64,000 nt of DNA from Candidatus Heimdallarchaeota archaeon (GCA_020353515.1 CP070695.1:2454966-2518965); one strand, 5' to 3'; positions 29,481-40,214 are shown, counted from the stretch's first letter. Made by a program: numbers and translations. Notes: generated by a model not told the origin, from the sequence alone.

Positions 29481-29915
29481 ATGCTTTCAAATTCTCAAAA
29501 ATTGTTATTTATTCGATTTGCTTACTGGCTAGGAGCAATCCTCGACGCTTTTTGGGGCTTTCTCTCATTAATCTACATGTTTTTTTCCGAGCAGCGGATC
29601 TTTGTAGACCTTGGTTATCCAAGTCCCATCAGTGACTTTGATTATTACACATTAGTTGGAGTCTCGAGCTTAATGCTTGGTTGGACTTGTCTGCTATTTT
29701 GGGCTGATCGAAAACCAATTGAAAGACGTGACACCTTATTGATTACTGTTGGTGTGATGTTCATCATGTTCACCCTTCAATTGAATGGATTACTTAGCAG
29801 GAATCCCTATATCTCCTTGATCTCTTTGATTTCAAATGGGACAATCATTATCTATGGATTGGCTTACTATTTTGCACGACATCTTGCAATAGAGGTGAGA
29901 GAGCTTGATACTTAA
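29481..29915 (+). CDS. 4-TM hypothetical membrane protein
   Basis: YWLGAILD...LMLGWTCLLFWADRKPIERR, a protein-like conserved-looking pattern. Confidence 0.75.
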   Translation: MLSNSQKLLFIRFAYWLGAILDAFWGFLSLIYMFFSEQRIFVDLGYPSPISDFDYYTLVGVSSLMLGWTCLLFWADRKPIERRDTLLITVGVMFIMFTLQLNGLLSRNPYISLISLISNGTIIIYGLAYYFARHLAIEVRELDT

Positions 29916-30040
29916 GACAGAAAACATCTCATTCTGAACCTCAAGAAAGCTAAGGGGAAGAAGTAAGCAATATAACATAGAGATGTCTCTTTTCGTTTGA
30001 TGCTTTTGAGATTTTTTTGATAACCCCCTTGTGAAGCCTT

Positions 30041-31237
30041 TTGAAAACCAATGATCCTCTTACTTCAAGGCTACATTCGATGGGTGCACTCGAAAGAAAA
30101 ATAGAAATTCTTGGTGATGCGAGTAAATTTGATGTCTGTGCTTCCATGGCGTCTCCAAGGACTGTTTCTAGTGAGAATCGAATAGGAAATCCTGATAAAA
30201 TAGGAATTTGTCATGCTTTTGCTCCTGATGGACGATGTATCAGTCTTTTCAAAGTGTTAATGACTAATCATTGTATTTATGACTGCAAATATTGCGTGAA
30301 TAACAGTAATAATGCGAAAAATAAGGTCATGTTCGAACCTGTGGAATTAGCTCGAGCTTTTATGGGACTTTATATCCGCAACTATGTCGAAGGCCTATTT
30401 CTCTCTTCAGGCGTTTGGAGGAGTGCAACAGATACAGCGGAAAAAATGATCGAAGCATTAGATTTAATCCGAAATAAATATCATTTCCGCGGATATATTC
30501 ATGTTAAGATACTTCCTGGAACGAGTAAGAGCCATATCAAACAAATAATGAAGATTGCGGATCGAGTTAGTCTTAATGTGGAATTACCAAGTTCTTGTCG
30601 CCTTAGTGAAGTATCTAGCATGAAAAACTTTAATACAGACATTATTAGATGCCAGAAATTCATTTACCATTATATTAAGGAAGGATTATTACCAGCAGGC
30701 CAGACGACACAATTTATTGTAGGGACAACTGGAGAATCAGATCACGAAATTGTTGAAAGACTCCATTGGGAATATCAAAATCTGGATTTAAGACGAGGGT
30801 ATTTCTCTGCATTTACTCCAATAAAAGGTACACCATTAGAATCGAAAAAAATTCCCGAAATCTATCACAGGAAAAGGGAAAACTTCCTGTACCGTGTAGA
30901 TTGGCTATATCGACGATACAATTATGAAATCAAAAATATTTACTCCATAATGGATGAAAAGGGTATGATTCCCCTTAATATCGATCCAAAAGTTTCACTC
31001 GCATTGAAAGATGATATATTTCCTATAGATGTCAATGAAGCCTCATTTGATGAGTTATTACGCGTACCTGGAATAGGAGAGGTTTCCTCCAAAAGGATTA
31101 TCAATTTAAGAAGAGTGAATAAGAAAATAGAGAATTACAAAGACTTGCAAAGATTAGGTGTTGTTCTCAAACGTGCTAAATCGTTTATAACTGTGAATGG
31201 ACAAAGACAAACCAGTTTAAAGGAGTTCTATAGATAA
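30041..31237 (+). CDS. Putative DNA modification/repair radical SAM protein (TIGR03916-type) with HhH domain
   Basis: GICHAFAPDGRCISLFK, CIYDCKYC, NYVEGLFLSSG, PAGQTTQFIVG, LLRVPGIG. Confidence 0.92.
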   Translation: MKTNDPLTSRLHSMGALERKIEILGDASKFDVCASMASPRTVSSENRIGNPDKIGICHAFAPDGRCISLFKVLMTNHCIYDCKYCVNNSNNAKNKVMFEPVELARAFMGLYIRNYVEGLFLSSGVWRSATDTAEKMIEALDLIRNKYHFRGYIHVKILPGTSKSHIKQIMKIADRVSLNVELPSSCRLSEVSSMKNFNTDIIRCQKFIYHYIKEGLLPAGQTTQFIVGTTGESDHEIVERLHWEYQNLDLRRGYFSAFTPIKGTPLESKKIPEIYHRKRENFLYRVDWLYRRYNYEIKNIYSIMDEKGMIPLNIDPKVSLALKDDIFPIDVNEASFDELLRVPGIGEVSSKRIINLRRVNKKIENYKDLQRLGVVLKRAKSFITVNGQRQTSLKEFYR

Positions 31238-31252
31238 AAAATGCGTATGTGA

Positions 31253-31864
31253 TTGTTAATGTTCAGAACTATTAAGAAGAAAGAGGTTTTAGAGTCTCTC
31301 TTAAGACATAAAGATGTCACACCAGTATTTTTTCAACAAATAGAAGACATTCCAAAAGAAATACTTGAAAATGTTGGAACTAATCTAGCTAAAAAAGCTG
31401 TGGCTATGAGTCAAGAAGTTGATCGTGATCTCCACTCACATAAAGCTTTTTTACGCCTATCTGTATCACCACATGGAATATTATATGCTGAATCAGATGA
31501 AATGAAACATCACAATGAGATAGCACTTCTAGAGTTCTTCCAAAGCAGATTTCCAACTTTTATCATCCTGTTTAAATCGAAAAGAGGAATTTTTTCTTTA
31601 AATAAAGATAATTCAGTAATCAACATGAAGAAGCCTCTCAATGAGGTTCTTAAGAAAATGGAAGAAAAATTCCCAATGAATCCACTATTAGTCAATTTAA
31701 ATGGAAAAAATTACCAAGAACTATGGGAAACTTTTGCACAATCACAAATCATTCAGGGTAGGGGAAGTTCAATACAAATGACCAAGCTGTCAAGGAAATG
31801 GAAAAGAACTGTTGCTGAAGATAAAACATCAAGCAAACAATTGGATGAATTTTTTCACTCCTAA
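31253..31864 (+). CDS. DUF4130/TIGR03915-type partner protein
   Basis: HSHKAFLRL, FFQSRFP, YQELWETF match the DUF4130 pattern. Lies directly downstream of the rSAM gene. Confidence 0.75.
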   Translation: MLMFRTIKKKEVLESLLRHKDVTPVFFQQIEDIPKEILENVGTNLAKKAVAMSQEVDRDLHSHKAFLRLSVSPHGILYAESDEMKHHNEIALLEFFQSRFPTFIILFKSKRGIFSLNKDNSVINMKKPLNEVLKKMEEKFPMNPLLVNLNGKNYQELWETFAQSQIIQGRGSSIQMTKLSRKWKRTVAEDKTSSKQLDEFFHS

Positions 31865-31903
31865 GATATGATACCCCAAGTATTAAGGGAGTAAATACTA
31901 AAT

Positions 31904-34171
31904 CTACTTCTCCGATTCCTGAAGAGGAATAACAATATGAAAGGATGTTCCTTCCTCTCCCGACTCTACAGATATATCCCAACCATGTGCTTCAACAATT
32001 TTCCTAACAATTGAAAGACCGAGACCCACGCTATCTTGAGTTGAAAAACCGTAATCAAAAATCAATTTCTGGATTTCAGGAGGAATTGGTTCACCATCGT
32101 TTGTAACAAGGATTATTAAATGCGTTTCCGTACTCGTTGTTTTGATCGTGATCGTCTGTGGTTTTCCATGAATGATAGCATTTTCAAGGAGGTTTGTAAA
32201 GACTTGGGATAGTTTTCCTTGATCACACAAAACTGTTGGTAGTTGATCATGAGTGAAAGAAACTGTTTTCGGGATAACGGTAGATGCCACTCTTTCAATA
32301 AGAAGATTGAGGTCAACATCAGCATCTTTTTCTACAGCTAATCCTGCATCAGCTAACATAAGAGACCGCTTCAATAATTCCTTCATATATTCTATCTGCT
32401 TACTGATAATGTGACTTTCATTATATTCATAGTCAAGTAGTTGGGTGTATCCTTCAATAGATGTAAGACAATTGTTTAAATCATGAGCAATAAAATGTGC
32501 AAACTCGCTTAATTCTTCTTTCTGCCTTATGAGCTTCTCTTCTGCTTTTTTTCTCTCAGTGATGTCGCGTAATACACCTAGAAAATTAGTTGGATTTCCT
32601 TCACTATCAGATATCACTGCAACACTCAAATCAGCAGGATAAGTACTCCCATCTTTTCTAATCATGGAATATTCGATATTTCTGATACTCCCTCTTTCTA
32701 AAAGTGTGCTAATATTATTTACCGCACGATCCTGGTCTTCAGGAATAATAAAATCAAAGGCATTTCTTCCGATTAAGTCTGCTTCCCTTGCACCGTAAAG
32801 TTTAACTGCCTGTTCATTCACCATGAGGATTTTTGACTCGGTATCAGAAAGAATTATTGCATCAGGAGAAAGCTCAATAAGTCTACGATAACGTTCTTCA
32901 CTTCTTACAAGCTCATCATGTGTTCTTTTTTGATGTGTAATGTCAGTAACAATTCCTAAAATCGCCCTCTCCCCTTCATAGTCGATATTTTTTGTAGTGA
33001 GAATGCCATGAATTCGTTTTCCATTTTTTGTTAGTAAATCATATTCTACTGGTTCAACTTCTTCTCCTTTCATATGTTTCCGAAAGTTGGCTAAGATTTT
33101 TTCTTTGTGTTCTGGTGCAATTAGGGAGAGGAAGTCGAAATCGGGGGAATAGAATTCATCACACGTATATCCCAAGCTTTCCTCACTTTTTTTATTTGTA
33201 TAGACAACACTCCCTTTCTTGTTGATGAAAATCATGTTTGGTGATTTCTCAGCTAGAGTCCTAAATTTTGCTTCAGATTCTTTTAAGGTTTTTTCTACTT
33301 GTTTTACCTTCGTAATATCAATTACTGACACAATGACTTTTGCTAAAGATTCCTCGTACCCAGAGACTACAGATAATCTGACAATTAGATCCATTTTCTC
33401 TCCTGTAAGCTTGTACCCTGGGAACTCCCCTTGATAACCAGTTTTTCCATTAAAAAGTGCAACAAGTTCCTCCTTGAATAATTTTGTTGCCTCTTCATTG
33501 AAAAAAGCAGTTAAACCTTCAAAAAATTCAGAGATACTCTTTGCCTCGTATAATATTAATGTAGTGTTATTGACATCAATAATCTCAACCATCTGAGCAA
33601 GATTTTCTATTTCCTCAGGATTGGAATCTAGGTATTGTTGTAAATCTTGAACACCTTGAGCTCTTAGCTGATCAAAATGACGTTTAACAACAGAGAAATC
33701 TTCTTCCCACAAACTGATCGGTGATTCATCAAAGATAATTCGATAGCGTTCCTCACTCTCAATTAACGCTTTTTCCATGCGCTTATGATGAACAACTTGC
33801 CTAATAACGTGACGAAGCTCACCAAATTGACTTTCAGCATCCCAACTTTTTTCTATGTAATAATTTGCCCCGAGATTTAAAGCATTGATTGCGACCTCTT
33901 CGCGGCCTCTACCAGTGAAAATAATGACTGGAAGGTCAATCTTCTTATCCCTCAATTTACTCAAAAGCTCTAAGCCGTCCATACCAGGCATTTGATAGTC
34001 GGTAACAATAACATCAAAATCATTCCCCTTTAACTCTTCAAAAACCTGCAAGGGGTTGGATAAGGAATGGAAGTTTATCTCTCCTCCTCCTATAACATTC
34101 ATAAACTTTTGTGTTATTTGTAGAAAACTTGGTTCATCGTCAACATGAAGTACATGAATTACTTCTTCCAT
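31904..34171 (-). CDS. Hybrid receiver-PAS(x3)-histidine kinase
   Basis: VLHVDDE, DYQMP, FTG, K receiver residues. Three PAS domains, AHDLNN H-box, NLLENA, NDG, GLGL. Confidence 0.93.
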   Translation of the reverse strand: MEEVIHVLHVDDEPSFLQITQKFMNVIGGGEINFHSLSNPLQVFEELKGNDFDVIVTDYQMPGMDGLELLSKLRDKKIDLPVIIFTGRGREEVAINALNLGANYYIEKSWDAESQFGELRHVIRQVVHHKRMEKALIESEERYRIIFDESPISLWEEDFSVVKRHFDQLRAQGVQDLQQYLDSNPEEIENLAQMVEIIDVNNTTLILYEAKSISEFFEGLTAFFNEEATKLFKEELVALFNGKTGYQGEFPGYKLTGEKMDLIVRLSVVSGYEESLAKVIVSVIDITKVKQVEKTLKESEAKFRTLAEKSPNMIFINKKGSVVYTNKKSEESLGYTCDEFYSPDFDFLSLIAPEHKEKILANFRKHMKGEEVEPVEYDLLTKNGKRIHGILTTKNIDYEGERAILGIVTDITHQKRTHDELVRSEERYRRLIELSPDAIILSDTESKILMVNEQAVKLYGAREADLIGRNAFDFIIPEDQDRAVNNISTLLERGSIRNIEYSMIRKDGSTYPADLSVAVISDSEGNPTNFLGVLRDITERKKAEEKLIRQKEELSEFAHFIAHDLNNCLTSIEGYTQLLDYEYNESHIISKQIEYMKELLKRSLMLADAGLAVEKDADVDLNLLIERVASTVIPKTVSFTHDQLPTVLCDQGKLSQVFTNLLENAIIHGKPQTITIKTTSTETHLIILVTNDGEPIPPEIQKLIFDYGFSTQDSVGLGLSIVRKIVEAHGWDISVESGEEGTSFHIVIPLQESEK

Positions 34172-34403
34172 AAGATAATCCTCTATGTCTATAATTTGAT
34201 ATTTGAACCTTTTATACTAATTCATGAACAGACATCAAGTGAATAAACTTTATTTTCTCCCTTAAAAATATAGGCTAAACAGGTATAATTCCACCAGATG
34301 AAAACTTATCTGACTATTAAAAGTATCCTTCCCCAGTTCAAGCAGAAAGTTAAGTTTCATAAAGATTAATCCGTTTCATCATTTAATCGAGAAGGAGATA
34401 GTC

Positions 34404-35441
34404 TTGGCCTCTAAATATCGTGATACTGTTGTTTTATTCACTTGGGAAGTTAATGAACGTCTTAAGAACTACTTGAAAGATAACCTAAAGGATACAGCAA
34501 ACCTCACTTTACTATTTCCTGAAGAGGCGTCTAATGAAGTTCTATTGAAATTCGCCCCAAGAGCTGATATACTAGTTGGATGGAGAGTGCCAGATGAAGT
34601 AAAACTAGCTGCTTCAAAGATGAAACTCTATATTAATCCTGGTGTGGGCATTAAACATCACATTGACTTCTTTAGAAAGCTTAATCAAACACGTGAAGTT
34701 TTACTCATAAATGGTCATGGAAATAGCTATTTTACCGCCCAACACGTTGTTGCAATGCTTCTAGCATTGATGAATAAGATCGTTCCTCACCATAACTGGA
34801 TGAAATCAGGATTATGGAGGAAGAGAGACGCCGATGCTGCCACCATTCCCTTAAGATATCGAAAAGTCGGTTTATTGGGATATGGAGCCATCAATACGAA
34901 GGTTCATAGATTTTTACAGGGTTTTGATGTTAAATTTTCCATTTTACGTCCTAATTGGCCTAAAAACGAACAGATATTACCAACAGACGCAAAAAAATTT
35001 CTCCCTGATGATCTGTTAGACTTTCTAGAAGAAATTAGCATTTTAATAATTGCTGTCCCTGAAACAACTCAAACTATGGGGATGATTGGAGAGAAGGAAT
35101 TAACACGCTTGGGCCCTAAAGGATTATTGGTCAATGTTAGCCGAGGTTCTGTTATTGATGAAGCAAGTTTATTTCAGGCTTTACAAAACAATGTGATTGC
35201 AGGAGCAGCAATCGATGTGTGGTACAATTACACTCCTGATCCTGATGATCAGGGAAGAAAATTTCCATATTCTCATTCATTTCCTTTTCATACATTGGAT
35301 AATGTTATCCTATCTCCACATCGAGCTGCATCGCCATTTGAGGATTTAGAGCGATGGGATGAAGTAATTGAAAATATTTTGAGATACAATCGTGGTGAAA
35401 ACACGTTTCTCAATGTTGTTGACCTAGTACGTGAGTACTGA
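34404..35441 (+). CDS. D-isomer-specific 2-hydroxyacid dehydrogenase
   Basis: GLLGYGAI, VNVSRG, AAIDVW, SPHRA. Confidence 0.9.
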   Translation: MASKYRDTVVLFTWEVNERLKNYLKDNLKDTANLTLLFPEEASNEVLLKFAPRADILVGWRVPDEVKLAASKMKLYINPGVGIKHHIDFFRKLNQTREVLLINGHGNSYFTAQHVVAMLLALMNKIVPHHNWMKSGLWRKRDADAATIPLRYRKVGLLGYGAINTKVHRFLQGFDVKFSILRPNWPKNEQILPTDAKKFLPDDLLDFLEEISILIIAVPETTQTMGMIGEKELTRLGPKGLLVNVSRGSVIDEASLFQALQNNVIAGAAIDVWYNYTPDPDDQGRKFPYSHSFPFHTLDNVILSPHRAASPFEDLERWDEVIENILRYNRGENTFLNVVDLVREY

Positions 35442-35516
35442 AAGTTAAACTGAGACATAATCTCATTTTAGAGGAATTGTAAAATATTATTAAGTATCTG
35501 CGAGACACTAAGAAGA

Positions 35517-36116
35517 ATGGTGCATGAATTGTCTTTTGAGATGAGGGCGTTCGAGGAATTGATGACGAATCCTACTAGGACTGCAATTTGGTCTGAAATC
35601 TTTCGAAAACCAGGAATTACTGCTAAAGAGCTCATCCAAACTCTTAATTTCAAGAAAACCAAAATGTATTACAATCTTAAAGAGATGTTAAACTCTGGGT
35701 TGATTGAAGCCGAAGTAATTACTGTGAAACAATCTTTGAACCTGAAAAAATATCGTATTAGCAAAGAATTCGAGAAAGTACTAAAAAATCCACAAGTACT
35801 CATAGAAAAGCCTAGGGAATCAAAATTATTTACTCTGTTTACTATTTTAGCCTTATTAAAGATAGAAATCAGGAAAACCCTGAATTCAACCAATGATGAA
35901 ATATTGGAATGTATATTGAAAACTAGAAAGATAAAACAGCTTCCAAGGGGAATAGGAGTTTTATTTTATTCAATGGACAGAGAACAAGAGTTGTTAAAGG
36001 ATTTCAGTGATTTTCTCGAGACAAAGCTTAGAAAACGACTTAAAAATTCTATTGACTCTGGAACATATGAGAAAACTTATGGGGGATTCTTTTTTGGTTT
36101 TACCGCTCCTGAATAG
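35517..36116 (+). CDS. Winged-helix (ArsR-like) transcriptional regulator
   Basis: NPTRTAIW...TAKEL...KTKMYYNLKEMLNSGLI. Confidence 0.8.
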   Translation: MVHELSFEMRAFEELMTNPTRTAIWSEIFRKPGITAKELIQTLNFKKTKMYYNLKEMLNSGLIEAEVITVKQSLNLKKYRISKEFEKVLKNPQVLIEKPRESKLFTLFTILALLKIEIRKTLNSTNDEILECILKTRKIKQLPRGIGVLFYSMDREQELLKDFSDFLETKLRKRLKNSIDSGTYEKTYGGFFFGFTAPE

Positions 36117-36237
36117 AATTTATTAACATATTTTGAGTTTTAAAACCTTTAAATGTTGTTTTAAGGAGAAATTTCGATTCATATTAATTTTTTGCAGGAA
36201 AAATAATCCTTTTTAAGGACGGGAACGTTCCGAAAAA

Positions 36238-36666
36238 ATGGAGCATAAAAAGGAGACTCAAACCTTGTCAGAGAACATAAACAATATTCAGGTAACTCTA
36301 TATGTGAGGAAAATATCAAGGCCAGTGGTAATAGAAAGAGGATGTAAAAAAGGAGATTGTCATTCACTTGTGGTTAATGAAAGAATTTCAGCGGCAACAA
36401 TCAATCTAGAGAACAATTTTTATTCTACTGAAACACAAAAAGTCATTATAAATACAAGGAATCATTGTAAAAAACATGATATTCCCTTAGAAATCAAAGA
36501 TATTACAGGAATTGTAAAAGGAATAAGATTTCTATTGACAAAAAGAATTCTGCGGACACCAGTATTAGAAATAAAGCTTAAAAAGGAAAAATTTAAGCTC
36601 AATCCATCTTATCCTCTTGACTCAAGTAGTTTTACCAAATTTCTGAAGAAAGTGATTGCTACTTAA
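36238..36666 (+). CDS. Hypothetical protein, possible thioredoxin-like fold
   Basis: CKKGDCH and LEIKDI...ILRTPVLEI (cis-Pro-like TP motif). The fold is inferred. Confidence 0.55.
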   Translation: MEHKKETQTLSENINNIQVTLYVRKISRPVVIERGCKKGDCHSLVVNERISAATINLENNFYSTETQKVIINTRNHCKKHDIPLEIKDITGIVKGIRFLLTKRILRTPVLEIKLKKEKFKLNPSYPLDSSSFTKFLKKVIAT

Positions 36667-36708
36667 TTGCTGGCTCGAAAAATGCGACTGAAAGATCTCT
36701 CTTAAGTT

Positions 36709-37266
36709 TTATATTTTGTTATAAAGTCTTAATCCCAATTTCTGGAATGCCTCATCAACATTTTCACCTGTTTTTGCAGAGGTTTCAAGATAGAATACAT
36801 CATCACTAATATTACCAAAATTAGCTATTAGCTCCCCTGAAATATACTTTCTCGCTTCTTCACTCTTCACCCTATCCTTTACTTCGTCTTGTAAATCCAA
36901 TTTATTACCAATAACAATTATTGAAATATCTGTTGAACCAGAATACTTATTGAGTTTATTCATCCACTTATCTAGACTAAATAAAGTATCTGGTCTGGTA
37001 ATATCATAAACTAGGAATGCTCCTACAGTACTTTTAAAATAGAGTTTCCTCACCTGATTATAATTTGGTTGGCCAGCTAGATCCCAAATTTGGAATTTTA
37101 TCTTTTTGGATTTAGATCCATACAATGTGATTTGTTTTGAGACGATATCTGTACCAATAGTTGGGATATAATCAGTCTGGAAACCTCGTCCCAAATATCT
37201 ATCTCTTAATGTTGTTTTTCCCACCCCCCCATCTCCACATAAGGATACTTTTACCTGCAATACCAT
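36709..37266 (-). CDS. Rab-like small GTPase
   Basis: G1 GDGGVGKTT, G2 PTIG, G3 WDLAGQ, G4 NKLD, G5 ETSAK. Confidence 0.95.
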   Translation of the reverse strand: MVLQVKVSLCGDGGVGKTTLRDRYLGRGFQTDYIPTIGTDIVSKQITLYGSKSKKIKFQIWDLAGQPNYNQVRKLYFKSTVGAFLVYDITRPDTLFSLDKWMNKLNKYSGSTDISIIVIGNKLDLQDEVKDRVKSEEARKYISGELIANFGNISDDVFYLETSAKTGENVDEAFQKLGLRLYNKI

Positions 37267-37464
37267 TCAGTAAAACTCCATGTATTTCTTTTCACCGAGA
37301 AGTACTTCAGTAAGTATGGAATCGTTAAGACTTGGAAATTTTTCTTGAACTTTCTCACTTATGACTTGAACGTTTTCGAATCTCTTTTTCCCTTGCTTTC
37401 TTATCACCAACCGCGTAGATGTGAGCTTCTTCATTCCCGCTTCAAGTTTAAAAAGTTCATACAA
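37267..37464 (-). CDS. Small hypothetical ORF in frame with and abutting the GTPase
   Basis: Its TGA directly precedes the GTPase ATG in the same frame. Confidence 0.4.
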   Translation of the reverse strand: MYELFKLEAGMKKLTSTRLVIRKQGKKRFENVQVISEKVQEKFPSLNDSILTEVLLGEKKYMEFY

Positions 37465-37553
37465 TTGTCATTTTCATTGAATATTAAGTTTATAAACAAA
37501 GTGGAGCTAAACTTTCTAAGAAAAACCATTCTTGAATAAGAATAAGATGACCG

Positions 37554-37638
37554 TGGAATTCTAGCGACAAGAATGTTGAAGTTCTAGATTCTGAACCCTT
37601 CTACGAACTAATATCTTAATTTCTCGATAAAATTGACT
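37554..37638 (+). repeat. Dispersed direct repeat, copy 1 (~85 bp)
   Basis: 34-bp exact core AAGTTCTAGATTCTGAACCCTTCTACGAACTAAT at 37579-37612, with similar flanks. Confidence 0.9.
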
Positions 37639-37832
37639 ATTTTGATCAACTTTTGGTATCTTTATCAGTCGAAATTTTTAGTAATGTGTTTAACTTCCTA
37701 TTTCACCCTCACTTGAAATATTATGAGGTTGATCCACATTTTCAACAAAATAAATATTTGGCTTAGAATGCTCAAGATTACCTTTATAAATGATTTTCTT
37801 CCTTTTTATAATTTAACAAATGGCTGATAAAA

Positions 37833-40034
37833 ATGGCCTATCAAGACAATTCTAATTTGCTTGACCTTTTAGAAAGGGATGATATTCCTAAAGATGCAAA
37901 AAATATAATTAATAATAGTCTCTTAGAGATTAAACAACAGTCTAAAAAGCTTCAAGAAGATGAGGCAAAATATCGAAGTTTATTTAATGGATCACCGATT
38001 GCACAGTTGGAATCTGATCTTTCTGATATTATTAGCTACTTGGATCAACTAAAAATTCGAAATTTATCCGATTTTGAGAGATTTATAGAATTTAATCCCA
38101 ATGAAATGGTAAAAATTGGAAAAAAACTCAAAATAATTAGAATGAACGAAGCAGGTTTAAAACTTTTCCAAATAAATACTAAAGATGAGTGGTCACTTGA
38201 AAAAGCAGGATTACCTGAAAAAGGACATCCTCATTTTAAACATATATTGAAAACGGTCTTGTATAGTGATATAGAGAAATCATTTTATTTGGAGGCAGAG
38301 AAAAACGAACTTTATTTACATTCAATACCTAAGCGAGAAGGAATTTATCTTATTACTAAAATTTCTTTCATTCCTCCTCATAAATTGATTACCATTTTTA
38401 TTGACGTAACTCCTCTTAAGGAAGCAGAAGAAAGAATTAGAGAAAGTGAACAGAAATTTCGGCGATTGTTTGAAGATACCCCTTTTCCTTTAATGGAGTT
38501 TGACTTTTCTAAACTAAAAAGTGAACTAAACCAATTAAAAGTCAAAAAAATACAAAACACTAATTTGGAGGAATACCTGAATAGTCATCCCCAATTCATA
38601 TTAATTCTCGCGAATTTGGTCATTTTAAAACAGGCAAATGTAGCTGCATTAAAATTATTTGGAATAGAGGATATTTCACAGTGGTCTTTTTATGAAGTTG
38701 GGGGTACACGATTTCCATTCTTTTTAGAACTCTTAGAGAGTATTTCTGAAGGCCAGATAGACAGTGAGTTCAGAGGAATAGGGCAAAATGCTGAGGGAGA
38801 TCCTATCCATGTTTTAATAAAACTATTAGTAGTCCCAGGCTATCAGGAAACGTTTTCGAAGGTATTAATCTCTATAATCGATATTACAAAACTGGAAGAA
38901 GCAAAAGCAGTAATTAAACAAAGTGAACAAAAGATTCGTAGTATCATTGAACAATCTCGTGATGGAATCATTCTTCTTGATGAAGAAGGGAGAGTTATTG
39001 AATGGAATGCAGCAATAGTTCAATTAACAGAGATACCGACTGAAAAAGCCATCGGTAGATTTTTTTGGGATGTTTATAGACCCCTTTTACCAGGTCATCT
39101 CACGACTTCTCGAGCTATTAATTTAATTATTTCAAGAATCAGAGAAGTTTTAAAGGCAGGAAAAGCTTCGTGGATCACGCGACCAATAGACACGGAGCTA
39201 TTTGTGAATGGATCCTATAAATTTGTTCAATTTCACCTTTTTCCAATTAAAACGCAGAAGGGATTCATGCTTGGTGGTATTTGGAGGAATATTACCCCAC
39301 AAAAACAGCAAGAATCCAGGATGAAAGAAGAATTGCTCAAATTCAACATTGAAGATGGACAGATGTATCTCATTAAGGAAGCTGAAGCACTCCATTCACG
39401 AGAGGTATTCAAAGACCTTCTTAGGATTGGTTATTTCGGATTGGTAATATCGAGAACTCCCGAAAAAGAATACTATAGAATTCTAGAAGAAGAATTTAAA
39501 TTCATCTGGATGGCGGAGTCAGCTCTTGAACAGCAATATTCTTCGATACTTGAAAAGATCGAATCACAACTCGAAACATTACCCCCAAAGAGTGTAATTT
39601 TAATTGATCAACTGAATTTTTTACTAGCAAAATACGGGTTTGATAAAATCCTGCAGTGGATTTTTAAATTGAGAGAAATAGCCATTCTCTTAAGTGTTAC
39701 CATAATTATCTCTATAGACGAAGAAGTTGTTGCTATTGATCAACTTCGACAGCTAGAGAAAGAAACAAGAGAGATAGAGACTCGCGTTCTTGCTGACATT
39801 TCTCAAGCATTACTCGATATTTTAAGGTACGTATATCAAAGTAATAATTTGGGAAAACGTCCCTCAATAACTGATATTGTAAAAGGTTTAGGCATTAGCA
39901 GGCCAACAATTAGAAAGCGCATAAATCAATTAACTATAAAAAGATATTTGAGAGAAATGGAAATGGGAAGACGAAAAGGCCTTGAAATGACTCAAAAAGG
40001 ATTTAACTTATTCTCTAGCAAAGAATCAGAATAA
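37833..40034 (+). CDS. PAS(x3)-DUF835-like-wHTH one-component regulator
   Basis: Three PAS-type segments (YRSLFNGSP, FRRLFEDTP, IIEQSRDG). GLVISRTP/VILIDQL DUF835-like region. C-terminal GISRPTIRKRINQL HTH. Confidence 0.75.
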   Translation: MAYQDNSNLLDLLERDDIPKDAKNIINNSLLEIKQQSKKLQEDEAKYRSLFNGSPIAQLESDLSDIISYLDQLKIRNLSDFERFIEFNPNEMVKIGKKLKIIRMNEAGLKLFQINTKDEWSLEKAGLPEKGHPHFKHILKTVLYSDIEKSFYLEAEKNELYLHSIPKREGIYLITKISFIPPHKLITIFIDVTPLKEAEERIRESEQKFRRLFEDTPFPLMEFDFSKLKSELNQLKVKKIQNTNLEEYLNSHPQFILILANLVILKQANVAALKLFGIEDISQWSFYEVGGTRFPFFLELLESISEGQIDSEFRGIGQNAEGDPIHVLIKLLVVPGYQETFSKVLISIIDITKLEEAKAVIKQSEQKIRSIIEQSRDGIILLDEEGRVIEWNAAIVQLTEIPTEKAIGRFFWDVYRPLLPGHLTTSRAINLIISRIREVLKAGKASWITRPIDTELFVNGSYKFVQFHLFPIKTQKGFMLGGIWRNITPQKQQESRMKEELLKFNIEDGQMYLIKEAEALHSREVFKDLLRIGYFGLVISRTPEKEYYRILEEEFKFIWMAESALEQQYSSILEKIESQLETLPPKSVILIDQLNFLLAKYGFDKILQWIFKLREIAILLSVTIIISIDEEVVAIDQLRQLEKETREIETRVLADISQALLDILRYVYQSNNLGKRPSITDIVKGLGISRPTIRKRINQLTIKRYLREMEMGRRKGLEMTQKGFNLFSSKESE

Positions 40035-40214
40035 TCATTATTCAATATTATTTTTCGTATTTCAGCGAAAAATTAGATTTTTTTTTCTGAATAGATTTCT
40101 TGATTTTAATGAAATTTACTAGTTTTTTCTAATTTTCTTGCTATATTCTTATTTTATATTAAAGATCGTAGAATCATGAAGAATTGTTCATCGAAAATTC
40201 GGAGGAAATAAAAT

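Noticed and set aside
37267-37269. Selenocysteine at the TGA before the GTPase
   Set aside because: Not a redox or Cys-equivalent position, and I could not identify a SECIS-like hairpin.
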